Position numbers and translations under genes: made by a program. The notes beneath the pieces are model-generated. The model searched no databases. It saw only the letters and a program-made list of their open reading frames with translations, and was not told the DNA's origin. DNA of 62,186 nucleotides, the filler included. It is 9 parts of 9 records of this genome, joined end to end, with 100 filler letters (N's around TTAATTAATTAA, not from the genome) between each part and the next. Parts side by side here need not be neighbours in the genome. Positions count along the whole stretch, not along the records: positions 51,507 to 56,646 come from SRR31147125_46230; positions 56,747 to 62,186 come from SRR31147125_46240; 7 more parts are not named here. The stretch is one strand, 5' to 3'. Position 1 is the stretch's first letter. Every line of letters starts with the position of its first letter. Shown here in pieces: positions 52,174 to 62,186 of the stretch.

Positions 52174-52330
52174 GGGCAGAACTTCGCGTCAAGAGTAAAC
52201 ATATCACCCCGGGAATTTAGCATCAACGCCCGTCGATTGCAATAGATGAGCATGTCATCAGTAAGGCTCCCCAACCGGGATCAAACCTGATATACTCTGC
52301 CACAGACACCCAAATGAGAAGAGAGGCCCA

Positions 52331-54473
52331 GTGATCCGTTCCAGCTCCAGCGACTACAGTATGAATCCGGACAAACCACTGCTGTCCTGCTTTCTGCACG
52401 AGCTGACGATCGCGCGCAAACAGCTGGCCCTCTATCCACCCGAACATCCTCATATCAAAGGCAGCATCACGAAAACCCTCGATATCCTGGATGATCTGTT
52501 TGTCTCCGACAAAAGTATCACCCTCGGCATCACTCCCGATGCCCTTCTGTATCAGGACCTCTGGCTCGACCGGGATGACGCCGCCAATAAAGAGTTCGCC
52601 CACTTTTTCTCTTCATTGGGGATCGCGTCCATCTCTTTCCACTTCGGCCTCAAGGACGCAGAACTGATCCGCTTCAACCAATTACTGAGAGCCGATCGCG
52701 ACACCATCGAGTCCTATGGCGGGTTTGAGCAATTGCTTGAGCAGCAACAGATCAGCCATGTCAGTGTGATCCCTATCGACTACGACGCCTTCCAGTCAAA
52801 CCAACATTTGACCCGCCAGAAGCAGCACCTGTGGGAATCATTTCTGCACGGCCTGCAGAATGGAATCCTCGCATTCGATGACGACGGCAGCGACTTCGAT
52901 CTGCAGACGGTCGCTGATCTTCTGAACCAAAGGGCCGGCAGTGACAACGAGCTGTCGGAAAGCGACAGCCGCTCCTTTGAGCGCTTTGTTGAAAGTCGTA
53001 TCCAGCAACAGGGCACGTCACAGACCTATACAAATACCGACCGAAAGTTCAATTCCCTTCTGAATCAACTGCATCCCAAAGCACGCGATCGCGTCTTTGC
53101 CAGTATCTTTGAGGTTCTGGAGAAACATCAGTCGGAAGCTCCGGGATTCCTCAAAAGTCCCGCCACAGCTCCTTCAGGGAGCGCTTTCGAAAGCGGCCCA
53201 ACAGAAAAGAAGGATCTCCTCGCGGATCCTCTCCCTGGCCCAGAACCTGACGGAAGAAACATCGTCCCTTCATCAGAAAACGGTGGGCGGTCAGACAGGA
53301 AAACTCTCTTCCGACATAGTGAAGGCTCGTCTGGATGTTCTTTTCAGTGAAGAGAAGCAGGATCTGTACATGCCGAGCAACTATCAGGCGGCGCTTGGAC
53401 AGATGCTGGCCACGGATATCGATGGGGGCCTTCCACAGGAGGAAAAAGAAAGCCTCAAATCACAATTGGAGAGCGCTCCGGCAGAAGATAACTTCACCGA
53501 CATTCTGCTGGAAATGGTCAACGACTCGCTGACCGTCGACCAGGAGAAAGCGGTCCAGCAGAACCTGCTCAATCTGTCGCGTCATTATCTGGACACAGGT
53601 CAATTCAGCAGGCTGCTGAGTATTTATCGATCCTGGGTTGATCATCTGAACAGCCCGTCCGTGAGCATGAGTATTTTTGAGGAAAAACTTATCGCGCATC
53701 ACACTCAGGCAACATTTCTGGCAGAAGTCCTGGATGGATTTGACCTTTGGGACGAAGACGTCCACTCGGATCTCATCAACTATATCGCGACAGTCGGCGA
53801 ACCCTACAGTGACATGATTATCGAACGTCTTGGGTTGGCTCAGACCTGGGACAGCCGCAAACTCTGGATGAACCTGCTTGAGCAGATCGGCGGCGATGCG
53901 CAGCAGAAAATCCTGGAGGCCCTGAACGATGAGCGCTGGTACCTCATCCGCAACTTGCTCAGTGTCCTGAACAAAAACCTTGCTCCGTCCAGCCTGAAAG
54001 TCGTGCAACCGTTCTGCAGACATGAACACCCGAAAGTGCGCATGGAAGCAACCAGGATCTTGCTAACCTGCAACCCGGCGACAGCGAACAGACAACTTCT
54101 AAAGGATCTGAACAACCCCGATCCGGACACTCTTCTGGCCGCACTCGAAATCGCTCACCTGAGCCTGGATTCTTCTGTTCTGGGACGCCTTCACCAGCTG
54201 ATCAGCTCCGATCCGGACAGCGAATCGACCCTGCAGACCCAGCTTGCAGCGGTCCGGGCTCTGGCCCAGATTGGAAACCCTGAGAGCCTGCCACTTCTGA
54301 ACCGTTTGATTCGCAAGAACAGTTTCATCAACCGTCGCCTGAAACTCCTGCAGGAAGAAACCATCAGGAGCCTGACTGACTTTCCGGGGGACGCGGCTCG
54401 AAGACTGCTGGAAGAACAATCCACTGGCAGATTCAAGCAGCTCGCCAGGCAGGCCATGGAGAACAGGTCATGA
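52331..54473 (+). CDS. HEAT-repeat protein with N-terminal 'LYPxxHP' domain; frameshift at A-run 53154-53157
   Basis: ORFs 52331-53350 and 53097-54473 join at FLK(K)VPPQLL; C-terminal HEAT repeats (LNDERWYLIRN, HEHPKVRMEA, AVRALAQIGNPESLPLL). Confidence 0.8.
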
Positions 54474-55609
54474 AACCTGCAAACACCTCAAACTTGAAGC
54501 ACCTCCTGGAATTTGTCCGCCTGCTGATGTCGGCCGCTGCCAACGCCTCCCTCTACTCTCCTGAGCATCGCCAGGTCCTGAAGCTGAACAAACAGGCCCT
54601 CGCCATTCTCAACCAGCTGCTGACCCAGCTGGCTGATGTCACCCTGAAAATCATTGATGAACAGCTGATTTTTGAGAACCGCCCGCTGACTCCCAACCCG
54701 TCGAACGAAAAATTTCAGCAGGCTCTGCTCAAAAATGGCATCAGCCATCTGCGGATTGAAGCCGGTGTCTATGCGGAGGAATTACTGGGTCTGATCAATC
54801 TCCTCAGCAAGACGACCGAGGCAAAGGTAGACATTCAGGACAGCGAACATATCCATTACGGTTCGATTGAAATCCGTTATCAGGACAATACCAACAGTCA
54901 CCTGGCGGCCCTTGAACTGGCTGAGATTGCCACCCTTGAAGCGGACCGTTTTATGGATATTTACGACACGGCCCGCGACCATAAAAAACTTGAAGTCTCC
55001 GGGATACAGGAGATCGTCGGTGGCTTTGTCAACGCCTTCAACAGTCAAGGGGATGCGTTTCTTGCTGTCGCTCCATTGCGGTCAATGGATGAATACACCT
55101 ATACCCACTCAACCAATATCTGCCTACTGAATCTGGCACAGGCGAAAGCTCTCGGAATTGAGGGGCAGCTCCTGAATGATATCGGCATCGCTGCCATGCT
55201 TCACGACGTCGGAAAGATGTTCATTTCTCCTGACATCCTCAGCAAAAACGACAAGCTGGACGAACAGGAATGGCAGATCATGCAGCAGCACCCGCGTCTC
55301 GGAGCGGAATATCTCGTTGACACCCCCGGCGTTCCTCACCTTGCAGTCGTGACCGCTTTCGAGCATCACATGCGTTACGATGGCAAGGGGTACCCGCAGA
55401 CGTCACGCCCCTGGAAGCAACACCTCTGCTCCCAGATGACCGCCATTTCAGACACCTACGATGCAATGAGAACTCACAGGGCCTACGAGGAATCTCTCGA
55501 TCAGGACCAGATCGTTTCCATCATGCTTGATCTGGCAGGAACAAAGCTGCACCCACAGTTGACCTATAATTTTTTGCAGACGCTGATGACACTCGACAAA
55601 GCGGAATAA
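54470..55609 (+). CDS. HD-GYP cyclic-dinucleotide phosphodiesterase
   Basis: DEYTYTHS, LHDVGK, QHP, EHHMRYDGKGYP and DTYDAMRTHRAY; ATGA overlap with the upstream gene. Confidence 0.92.
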   Translation: MKPANTSNLKHLLEFVRLLMSAAANASLYSPEHRQVLKLNKQALAILNQLLTQLADVTLKIIDEQLIFENRPLTPNPSNEKFQQALLKNGISHLRIEAGVYAEELLGLINLLSKTTEAKVDIQDSEHIHYGSIEIRYQDNTNSHLAALELAEIATLEADRFMDIYDTARDHKKLEVSGIQEIVGGFVNAFNSQGDAFLAVAPLRSMDEYTYTHSTNICLLNLAQAKALGIEGQLLNDIGIAAMLHDVGKMFISPDILSKNDKLDEQEWQIMQQHPRLGAEYLVDTPGVPHLAVVTAFEHHMRYDGKGYPQTSRPWKQHLCSQMTAISDTYDAMRTHRAYEESLDQDQIVSIMLDLAGTKLHPQLTYNFLQTLMTLDKAE

Positions 55610-55665
55610 ACTATATATAATTAACAATTGCCAACTATTACGTTCAGGCCTCGGGGGAGCCCATA

Positions 55666-56646
55666 GTGAACACACAGGATACGATACAGCAGCCTGACAT
55701 CGACACTCAGATTCTGTCAGATTTCATTTACGACCTGAATATCGCCAGGCGCCACCTCTCCCTGTATCCGGAAAACCATCCCCAGATCGCCATTAGTTGC
55801 GAAACCGTTCGCACCGTTCTCTCAAAGCTCTGTCAATTCCGCGATTCCGTTATTCTGGGAATCGGCCCGGAAGCACTTGTCTTCGAGCAGCACTGGCTGG
55901 ACGAAGACAATCCGATTTATCGTGATTTCAGCCGCTACCTCTCCCGCTTTGACATCGCGATGATCGAATTCAACAAGAAGCTGAACGATGAAGAGCTGAT
56001 CCGCTTCATCCAGACCCTCAAACAGAGTGAAAAATCGGCAGACCAGAGTCTCAGCATCCCGGACCAGTTTAAGCAGCAGGGCATTGCAAACATCAGCGTG
56101 GCTCTTTCAGACTACAGTCACTTCCAGCAAAGCTCAGATCATCGTGACAGCAGTGGGAAAAGCAGCCTCTGGAACGACTTCCTCATGGGTCTTATGCAAA
56201 ACACTCTGGACAAAGATGGTGAAGCTCTTGATTCGATCGATCTGGCGGATATGGAGGCGGTCGCTCAGTTCCTGAACCAGAGTGACATCAACCTGAAATC
56301 GGAAAAGATCGACTACGAAGACCTGATCAGCCGGTTTATTTCCAGACTCAAGAGCCAGGAGCAGCAGCAGCTTGAAGAGACAGGAGAACATCTGTCGACC
56401 CTGGTCAACAACCTGAATCCTGAACTGAAGCGCAACTTCCTCAACAGCACCCTGAATGCCATTGACAGCGGGACAGAGCCCCCGGAAGCAACTCTCTCTG
56501 CCCTACCTCGCCAGGTCGTTGAAGAGGCCCTCTTTCAGCAGAATCAGACGCAAACAAACGTTTCCTCACGGTTGATGGACCTGCTCGGCCAATTTTCTTC
56601 GACTTCAGTGAGCGAACACCAGCACACAACAGGAGAGGCCTCACCC
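55666..56646 (+). CDS. Paralogue of the upstream HEAT protein, N-terminal part (3'-truncated)
   Basis: Aligns by eye with the 52331 ORF: LNIARRHLSLYPENHP, HWLD, ELIRF, DYSHFQ, LWNDFLMGL, SSRLMDL. Confidence 0.8.
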
Positions 56647-56746
56647 NNNNNNNNNNNNNNNNNNNNNNNNNNNNNNNNNNNNNNNNNNNNTTAATTAATT
56701 AANNNNNNNNNNNNNNNNNNNNNNNNNNNNNNNNNNNNNNNNNNNN

Positions 56747-58425
56747 AACGCATAGAAGTTGAAAAAGGTGCTTCGTCGGTAATTTATGGAGCAGGCGCCA
56801 TGGCAGGCATTATTAATCTGGTTGATAAATCGCCCTTTAAACAAAACGGTTTTAATGGCAAAATTACCGGCGGATTTGGTACCGTAAACAACGAAAAAAA
56901 TATACTTGCCTGTGGCGGATGGAGTAACGGAAAGTTTGCCGCAAAAGCCGGATTTCGTTATCGCGATGCTGATAATTTTTCGTACCCCAATGGCGAAATA
57001 GCTGAAAATAGTTTTTACACCGACAATGATTTATTTATAACAACAGGGTATAAATTTTCAGAATTGCAGAGTCTTGTTTTTACAGCCGACTTTCACAATG
57101 GCGGGCCCTGGGGAAAACCAGTTGGTTTTAACGGAACCGATTATATGCGCGTGCAAACACAAGAGGAAATATCGAATAACTATTCTTTGAAATACACACA
57201 GGGCGAGTTTAGTGTTTTCGATAAGATTGAGCTAAATGCCTTTTTTTCGAATGAAAGCCGCGAATTGGTAAAAAACTACTACACCGCCGCCGGTTACATG
57301 CTTTCGTATACCGAAACCACACATTTTTCTGATTATTACTATGGCACGCTGGTTAAAGGAGACATAAAAGTTAACGACCGATATAGAATTACAGCAGGTG
57401 GTGAAATTTATCGTTTTAATATTTCAACACCAACCGATGCCATTGACTACATAGATTCGTATGAGTTCAGCAACAGAGTTAGTAGCAATGCACGAGCTAC
57501 CACAGCGGGTATTTTTTTGCAAAACAACTGGCGCGTAAACAAAAATACAAAAGCAATTTTCGGGATTCGCTACAACTACGCTTCGGTTTACGAGGGAGAT
57601 GTTTACGACCTAAATCAAACAAGTGAACGCAACGTCAAAAAAAATGCATTAAGTGGAAATACCGCTGCCATATTTACACTCAGCAAAAAATCGAAATTGA
57701 AACTAAACCTGGCCCGCTCGTTTCGAATGCCTGAAACCACTGAATTGTATACCGATAATTATACATCGAACGGAATTTTGTATGGCAATCCCGACCTTGA
57801 CGCAGAGTATTGTTACAGCACCGACCTTTCGTACCTGCTGAACACCAGGCATTTTAAAATGGAACTTAGCCCGTTTTTTTGGTTCATGGACAATATGATT
57901 ACCAAAGAAGAAATAAACGGAATGCCGGGAACAAACTATACCTATGTAAACATTGGCAAAACAAGATTATTTGGAGGAGAAGCAACTGCAACGTTAAGCT
58001 TCGGCAATGTAATTAAGGAATCGGACAAACTAAGTTTTCGCACCGGATTAACTTACCTCAATGGCACTGATATTACCGATTCGGAATCGGTTTTAGCAGA
58101 AGGAACGCCATTAAATTACATTCCTCCATTTAATGTAAAATCCGAAGCAAGTTATACTTGTTTATTCAACAACAAGCTAAAGCTCAACCTTGCACTTCGT
58201 TCGGTGTATTATTCCGAACAAAAACGACTGGGAGATGCAAATTATGCCACTCCTCAATATTTTATTCTGGGTGGAAACCTGGGTTTGAGTATGCCAAAAG
58301 TAAAAAGCAGGCCATCTTTAAATATAGCAGTAAACAATCTTACCAATAAAGAATACTACGGCTACCTGTCGTACTTACCCAGCGAGGGGCGCGATGTTCG
58401 AATCTTTTTAACCTTTAATTTTTAA
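56747..58425 (+). CDS. TonB-dependent outer membrane receptor, 5'-truncated
   Basis: RIEVEKGASSVIYGAGAMAGIINLV plug end, FRMP...ELY, GNPDLDAE, NNLTNKEY and terminal Phe. Confidence 0.92.
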
Positions 58426-58427
58426 TC

Positions 58428-59423
58428 ATGAAATTATTAATAATATCCATTTTATTGATTTGCGCTTGTTTGAACCTTTCGGCTAAAACCATTACCGACA
58501 TGGTAGGTCGCAGTGTTGAAATACCCGACAATATTGAACACATTTTGCCGTACGGGCCAAAATCATCGATACTGTTATTTCCGGTTGCTTACGAAAAAAT
58601 GGTTGCCAAAGCGTTGCTGCCGGGCAGTAAAAAGTTTCAGTTTATTTCCGACAAATACAATCTTTTGCCGGAGGTTGATATTAAGAATATTGAATCGGTG
58701 CTGACCAGCAATCCGCAAATAATTATTGCCGGAGCTTATCATTCTGAAAACAACTACGAGAGATTTGAGAAACTGCAAAAACGCACACATATTCCGGTAG
58801 TTATTATTGATTTATCGATTGATAAGCTGGATAAAACCTATGCGTTTTTTGGCGAGCTGCTTGGCAACGAAAATCAATGTGCCAAATGCGCCTTATTTCT
58901 GAAAAACACCTATAACAACACCGAAAAGTTAATTGCGGAAAATCCAAACAACAAAGTAAATTTCTATTATACAATTGGAGGTTCGGGTTTAATGACCGAT
59001 CCTGCAGGCTCGAAACATACCGAAGTGTTCGATTATTTAAAACTGAATAATGTTGCTAAAGTTACTATTCCAACCGGAGGTCACGCCAAAATAAACATGG
59101 AACAAATGCTGCTCTGGAATCCGGATTACATTTTTGCCGCAGGTTTTAAAGCCGACAAAAATGCCTGCAACACCATTAAAACGAGCAGCAAATGGAAAAC
59201 AATTTCGGCTGTTGAAAACGACCACGTTTACAAAGTTCCAACTCGCCCCTTTGGCTGGTTCGATCACCCGCCAACCGTAAACCGAATACCCGGAATTATT
59301 TGGTTAAGCCAGGTGTTTTACAAAATACCAGCCAACGAAGCACAAAAGCAAATTACCCAATTCTATAGACAGTTTTATGAATACGAACTAAGCGCAACAG
59401 AATACAAGTCGTTATTTGAATAA
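58428..59423 (+). CDS. Type II ABC importer substrate-binding protein (BtuF/FepB/MolA fold)
   Basis: ITDMVGRSVEIP, NIESVL, INMEQMLLWNPDYI, AVENDHVYKVP..PFGWFDHPP. Confidence 0.88.
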   Translation: MKLLIISILLICACLNLSAKTITDMVGRSVEIPDNIEHILPYGPKSSILLFPVAYEKMVAKALLPGSKKFQFISDKYNLLPEVDIKNIESVLTSNPQIIIAGAYHSENNYERFEKLQKRTHIPVVIIDLSIDKLDKTYAFFGELLGNENQCAKCALFLKNTYNNTEKLIAENPNNKVNFYYTIGGSGLMTDPAGSKHTEVFDYLKLNNVAKVTIPTGGHAKINMEQMLLWNPDYIFAAGFKADKNACNTIKTSSKWKTISAVENDHVYKVPTRPFGWFDHPPTVNRIPGIIWLSQVFYKIPANEAQKQITQFYRQFYEYELSATEYKSLFE

Positions 59424-59424
59424 T

Positions 59425-60438
59425 ATGCACAAAAGGGCGAACATATCCATTTTTATGCTGCTGGCAATACTTAGTTTAGCAGTGGTATTTTTCTCGTTAA
59501 TGCTGGGCAGGTACAGTATTTCTGCTACTGAATTATGGTTTTTTGTGCAATCGTATTTTACTGATGACATTGAAGTGTTGCCACAAATAAAAACGGTACT
59601 TATAGATATTCGTTTGCCTCGCATATTAGCCGCGTTTTTAGTAGGAGGAACGCTCTCGATTACCGGAGCAACCTACCAGGGAATGTTTCGCAATCCCATG
59701 GTTTCGCCATCAATACTAGGTGTTTCTGCAGGTGCCGGATTTGGTGCAGCTCTGGCCATTTTACTCGGTTTAAGTACAACAATATTACAGATTTCGGCTT
59801 TTGTGTTTGGCGTAGGCGCTGTAATTGCAGTTTATGCTATTAGCTTAACCACAGGCAAGAAGCACGATAAATGCTTAACACTAATTCTTTCGGGAATGAT
59901 TGTAGCCACGGTTTTTACAGCGTTAATTTCGATGCTAAAATACGTTGCCGATCCCGACGATACCTTGCCCTCTATTGTTTACTGGCTTATGGGCGGCTTA
60001 TCGCATATTGAAACGACCGACCTGCGTTTTATTGCATTTATTTCGATTATTGGATTGATTCTCTTAAGTATTTCGGGCTGGAAACTCGACATGCTTTCTT
60101 TTGGCGATGAAGAAGCCCGCACCATGGGTATTCATGTTGAACGGCTTCGGTTTTTGGTAATATCTGTTGCAACACTAATGACAGCATCGGCTGTAAGTAT
60201 TAGCGGCATTATTGGCTGGGTAGGATTGGTAATTCCGCATATTGCCCGAATGCTGGTAGGTTCGAAAAATGCAGTTCTCCTGCCTGCCTCTTTTTTTATT
60301 GGCGGATTGTTCCTGCTTATTGTCGACGATTTTAGCCGAACTATTGCAAGTATGGAAATTCCCCTGGGCATTACAACATCGCTCATCGGAGCTCCATTTT
60401 TTATATTTATTCTTATGAAATCTTCTAAAAAACACTGA
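59425..60438 (+). CDS. FecCD/BtuC/MolB-family permease
   Basis: IRLPR, FRNPMVSPSILGVSAGA, GDEEARTMG, GIIGWVGLVIPH, EIPLG. Confidence 0.93.
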   Translation: MHKRANISIFMLLAILSLAVVFFSLMLGRYSISATELWFFVQSYFTDDIEVLPQIKTVLIDIRLPRILAAFLVGGTLSITGATYQGMFRNPMVSPSILGVSAGAGFGAALAILLGLSTTILQISAFVFGVGAVIAVYAISLTTGKKHDKCLTLILSGMIVATVFTALISMLKYVADPDDTLPSIVYWLMGGLSHIETTDLRFIAFISIIGLILLSISGWKLDMLSFGDEEARTMGIHVERLRFLVISVATLMTASAVSISGIIGWVGLVIPHIARMLVGSKNAVLLPASFFIGGLFLLIVDDFSRTIASMEIPLGITTSLIGAPFFIFILMKSSKKH

Positions 60439-60439
60439 T

Positions 60440-61216
60440 ATGATAGAACTCAAAAAATTAGATTGCGGATACGGAACTAAACCGATACTATCAGAAGTAA
60501 ATTTAACGATTAACAAAGGAGAGCTAACCTGTATTTTGGGTAAAAACGGAACAGGTAAAACTACATTCTTTAAAACCATATTGGGATTGTTGCCCAAATT
60601 AGGCGGCGAAATATTATATAACGGGAAAAACATTAACAATTATTCGAGTAAAGACATTGCCCGTTTAATAAGTTACGTTCCGCAAGCACATGGAACTCCT
60701 TTCCCTTTTTCGGTACTCGATGTAGTATTAATGGGGCAGTACGTTCACACCTCGGGCGTTCTCGGCAAACCACAAAAGCAAAATATTGAACGTGCAGTTG
60801 ATTGCATTCAAACACTTGGGATAGAAAAGCTAACGCACAAAAACTTTTCTAAAATAAGCGGGGGCGAAAAGCAAATGGTACTTATTGCCCGGGCAATGGC
60901 ACAACAACCTTTGTTTATTGCCATGGACGAACCAACTGCCAACCTCGACATGGGCAACAGCATAAAAGTAATGAAGGTAGCCCAACTGCTTAAACAAAAG
61001 GGCTACGGTGTAATTATGAACACACATTTGCCGGAACAGGCACTACAATTTGCCGACAGAGTTATTATGCTAAAAAACGGGAAAGTATCGAATGTTGGTG
61101 ACCCCGAACAGGTTTTACATTCGCACACTTTATCCGATTTATACAATACCCCCATTGAGCTAATTGAAGCTTTTACATCGAAAGGCGAAACTCGAAAACT
61201 TTTGGTAACCTTATAA
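60440..61216 (+). CDS. ABC transporter ATP-binding protein (FecE/MolC type)
   Basis: GKNGTGKT, YVPQ, ISGGEKQ, MDEPTANLD and H-loop. Confidence 0.95.
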   Translation: MIELKKLDCGYGTKPILSEVNLTINKGELTCILGKNGTGKTTFFKTILGLLPKLGGEILYNGKNINNYSSKDIARLISYVPQAHGTPFPFSVLDVVLMGQYVHTSGVLGKPQKQNIERAVDCIQTLGIEKLTHKNFSKISGGEKQMVLIARAMAQQPLFIAMDEPTANLDMGNSIKVMKVAQLLKQKGYGVIMNTHLPEQALQFADRVIMLKNGKVSNVGDPEQVLHSHTLSDLYNTPIELIEAFTSKGETRKLLVTL

Positions 61217-61231
61217 TTATTACCTTATAAG

Positions 61232-61573
61232 ATGACAGAATTAAGCATTAAAGGAACCTTTAGAATGGAAACCGTAAATGGTTTTGTTATTCATCCTAAA
61301 ATAATTGATTTATTGCGGGAGATTGACAAAACAGGTTCGTTAAATGCTGCTGTTACTAATATTGGAATGTCTTATTCTTATGCATGGAATATGATAAACA
61401 AAACGAATTGCAAACTCGATGTTCCGTTGCTAATTTACAGACGAGGCGGTAATGGTGGCGGCATTGCACAACTAACCGAAGCCGGAAAAATACTACTTGA
61501 TTATTGCAATAAATTAGAGCATGATTTTAATGATTTTGCCGGCACTCATAAAATAAAGTTAGTTCCCGAGTGA
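61232..61573 (+). CDS. Stand-alone ModE N-terminal winged-helix regulator
   Basis: LLREIDKTGSLNAA...MSYSYAW...RRGGNGGGIAQLTEAG; no TOBE/Mop domains. Confidence 0.88.
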   Translation: MTELSIKGTFRMETVNGFVIHPKIIDLLREIDKTGSLNAAVTNIGMSYSYAWNMINKTNCKLDVPLLIYRRGGNGGGIAQLTEAGKILLDYCNKLEHDFNDFAGTHKIKLVPE

Positions 61574-61616
61574 AAAGGTATTCTCCTGTTAACCTCGTAT
61601 TTTACTATGCTGAAGT

Positions 61617-62186
61617 TCAAATCTCAAACTGCTCCGTGTCTAATTGCTTTTTTGCCTCCCGGTATTCAGAAATCAGATTCTCCATAATCACCGAAACCGG
61701 CACCACATTTTTTAACTGTGCTGCCACCTGACCAATCTCCAGTTCGCCTTCGTTTAAATCACCTTCGAACATTCCCTTTTTTGCACGGCCGCGGCCCAGT
61801 AATTCGCGCATTTCTTCAGGAGAATTCCCGGCTTTTTCGGCTGCATCAACCTTTTCGAAAAAACCATTCTTAACCAAACGCGTTGGCGCCAATTTTTTCA
61901 GGGCAAGTTTTGTACCACCTTCACCCATTTCGGTTACCAACTTTTTAAAATCGGGATGTGCCGACGATTCTTCTGCCACAGCAAATGCCGAACCTATTTG
62001 TACGCCATCGGCACCCAAAACCATGGCTGCCAGCATTGCCTCACCCGAGCCAATTCCTCCGGCTGCCAACAAAGGCAGTTTCGTAGCTTTTCGCACCGAC
62101 GGAATCAGCGACATTGTAGTAGTCTCCTCTCTCCCATTGTGACCTCCGGCCTCGAAACCTTCGGCAACAATTGCATCAACTCCGGC
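61617..62186 (-). CDS. Nitronate monooxygenase / FabK-like flavoenzyme, 5'-truncated
   Basis: VAEGFEAGGHNG at the window end, LAAGGIGSG, GADGVQIGS, GELEIGQ. Confidence 0.88.
   Translation of the reverse strand, partial: AGVDAIVAEGFEAGGHNGREETTTMSLIPSVRKATKLPLLAAGGIGSGEAMLAAMVLGADGVQIGSAFAVAEESSAHPDFKKLVTEMGEGGTKLALKKLAPTRLVKNGFFEKVDAAEKAGNSPEEMRELLGRGRAKKGMFEGDLNEGELEIGQVAAQLKNVVPVSVIMENLISEYREAKKQLDTEQFEI

Noticed and set aside
6262-56746. Recurrent TTAATTAATTAA as a biological repeat, and ORFs ending in X runs or 'LIN'
   Set aside because: Always centred in exactly 44+44 Ns; a synthetic six-frame stop linker.
1-62186. CRISPR arrays, rRNA, transposases, retron/DGR reverse transcriptases, defence or phage genes
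   Set aside because: I found no repeat-spacer pattern or diagnostic motifs by eye; short or degenerate elements could be missed without computation.

Overview
The window is not one locus. It is nine unrelated contigs joined by 100-bp artificial spacers (N44-TTAATTAATTAA-N44), as in a concatenated metagenome that looks like an anoxic community. Taxonomic labels are impressions from protein and codon style. (1) 1-6261, Desulfobacterota-like: dxs end, tlyA, EF-G2-type fusA, SPL-like radical SAM, cereblon homologue, ihfB, partial tRNA-Leu. (2) 6362-13819, Desulfobacterota-like operon: probable dynamin-like protein, cpYpsA SLOG protein, rhomboid fused to a DnaJ C-terminal domain, ydbH-ynbE-ydbL. 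(3) 13920-20119, Bacteroidales-like: Zn-ribbon and SPFH pair, GH29 fucosidase, cutC, EEP hydrolase, miaA. (4) 20220-25586, a eukaryotic contig with ~40-70 bp GT-AG introns; manual splicing gives a kinesin-2-like neck/stalk followed by three tandem LRR+LRRcap modules. (5) 25687-38022, low-GC Myxococcota/deltaproteobacterium-like: RND end, START protein, surface M4/M36-type protease, acyl-CoA dehydrogenase, zupT, Cys-rich lipoprotein, radical SAM fusion. (6) 38123-46232: sigma-54 activator, TolC-HlyD-2xABC-2 permease operon with no ATPase, DUF1566-like protein, ArcE/cDPGS-family protein. (7) 46333-51406, spirochaete-like sugar kinase/ABC/ROK cluster. (8) 51507-56646: phoH and a HEAT/HD-GYP/HEAT-paralogue cluster sharing one N-terminal domain. 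(9) 56747-62186, Bacteroidales-like: TonB receptor, type II ABC importer, stand-alone ModE-like HTH. About nine genes carry frameshifts, all in homopolymer runs, best read as sequencing errors. The best novelty candidates are the kinesin-2/triple-LRR gene, the shared-domain HEAT/HD-GYP module, the rhomboid-DnaJ fusion operon and the ModE-linked TonB/ABC importer. All calls come from reading motifs; no database search was run.
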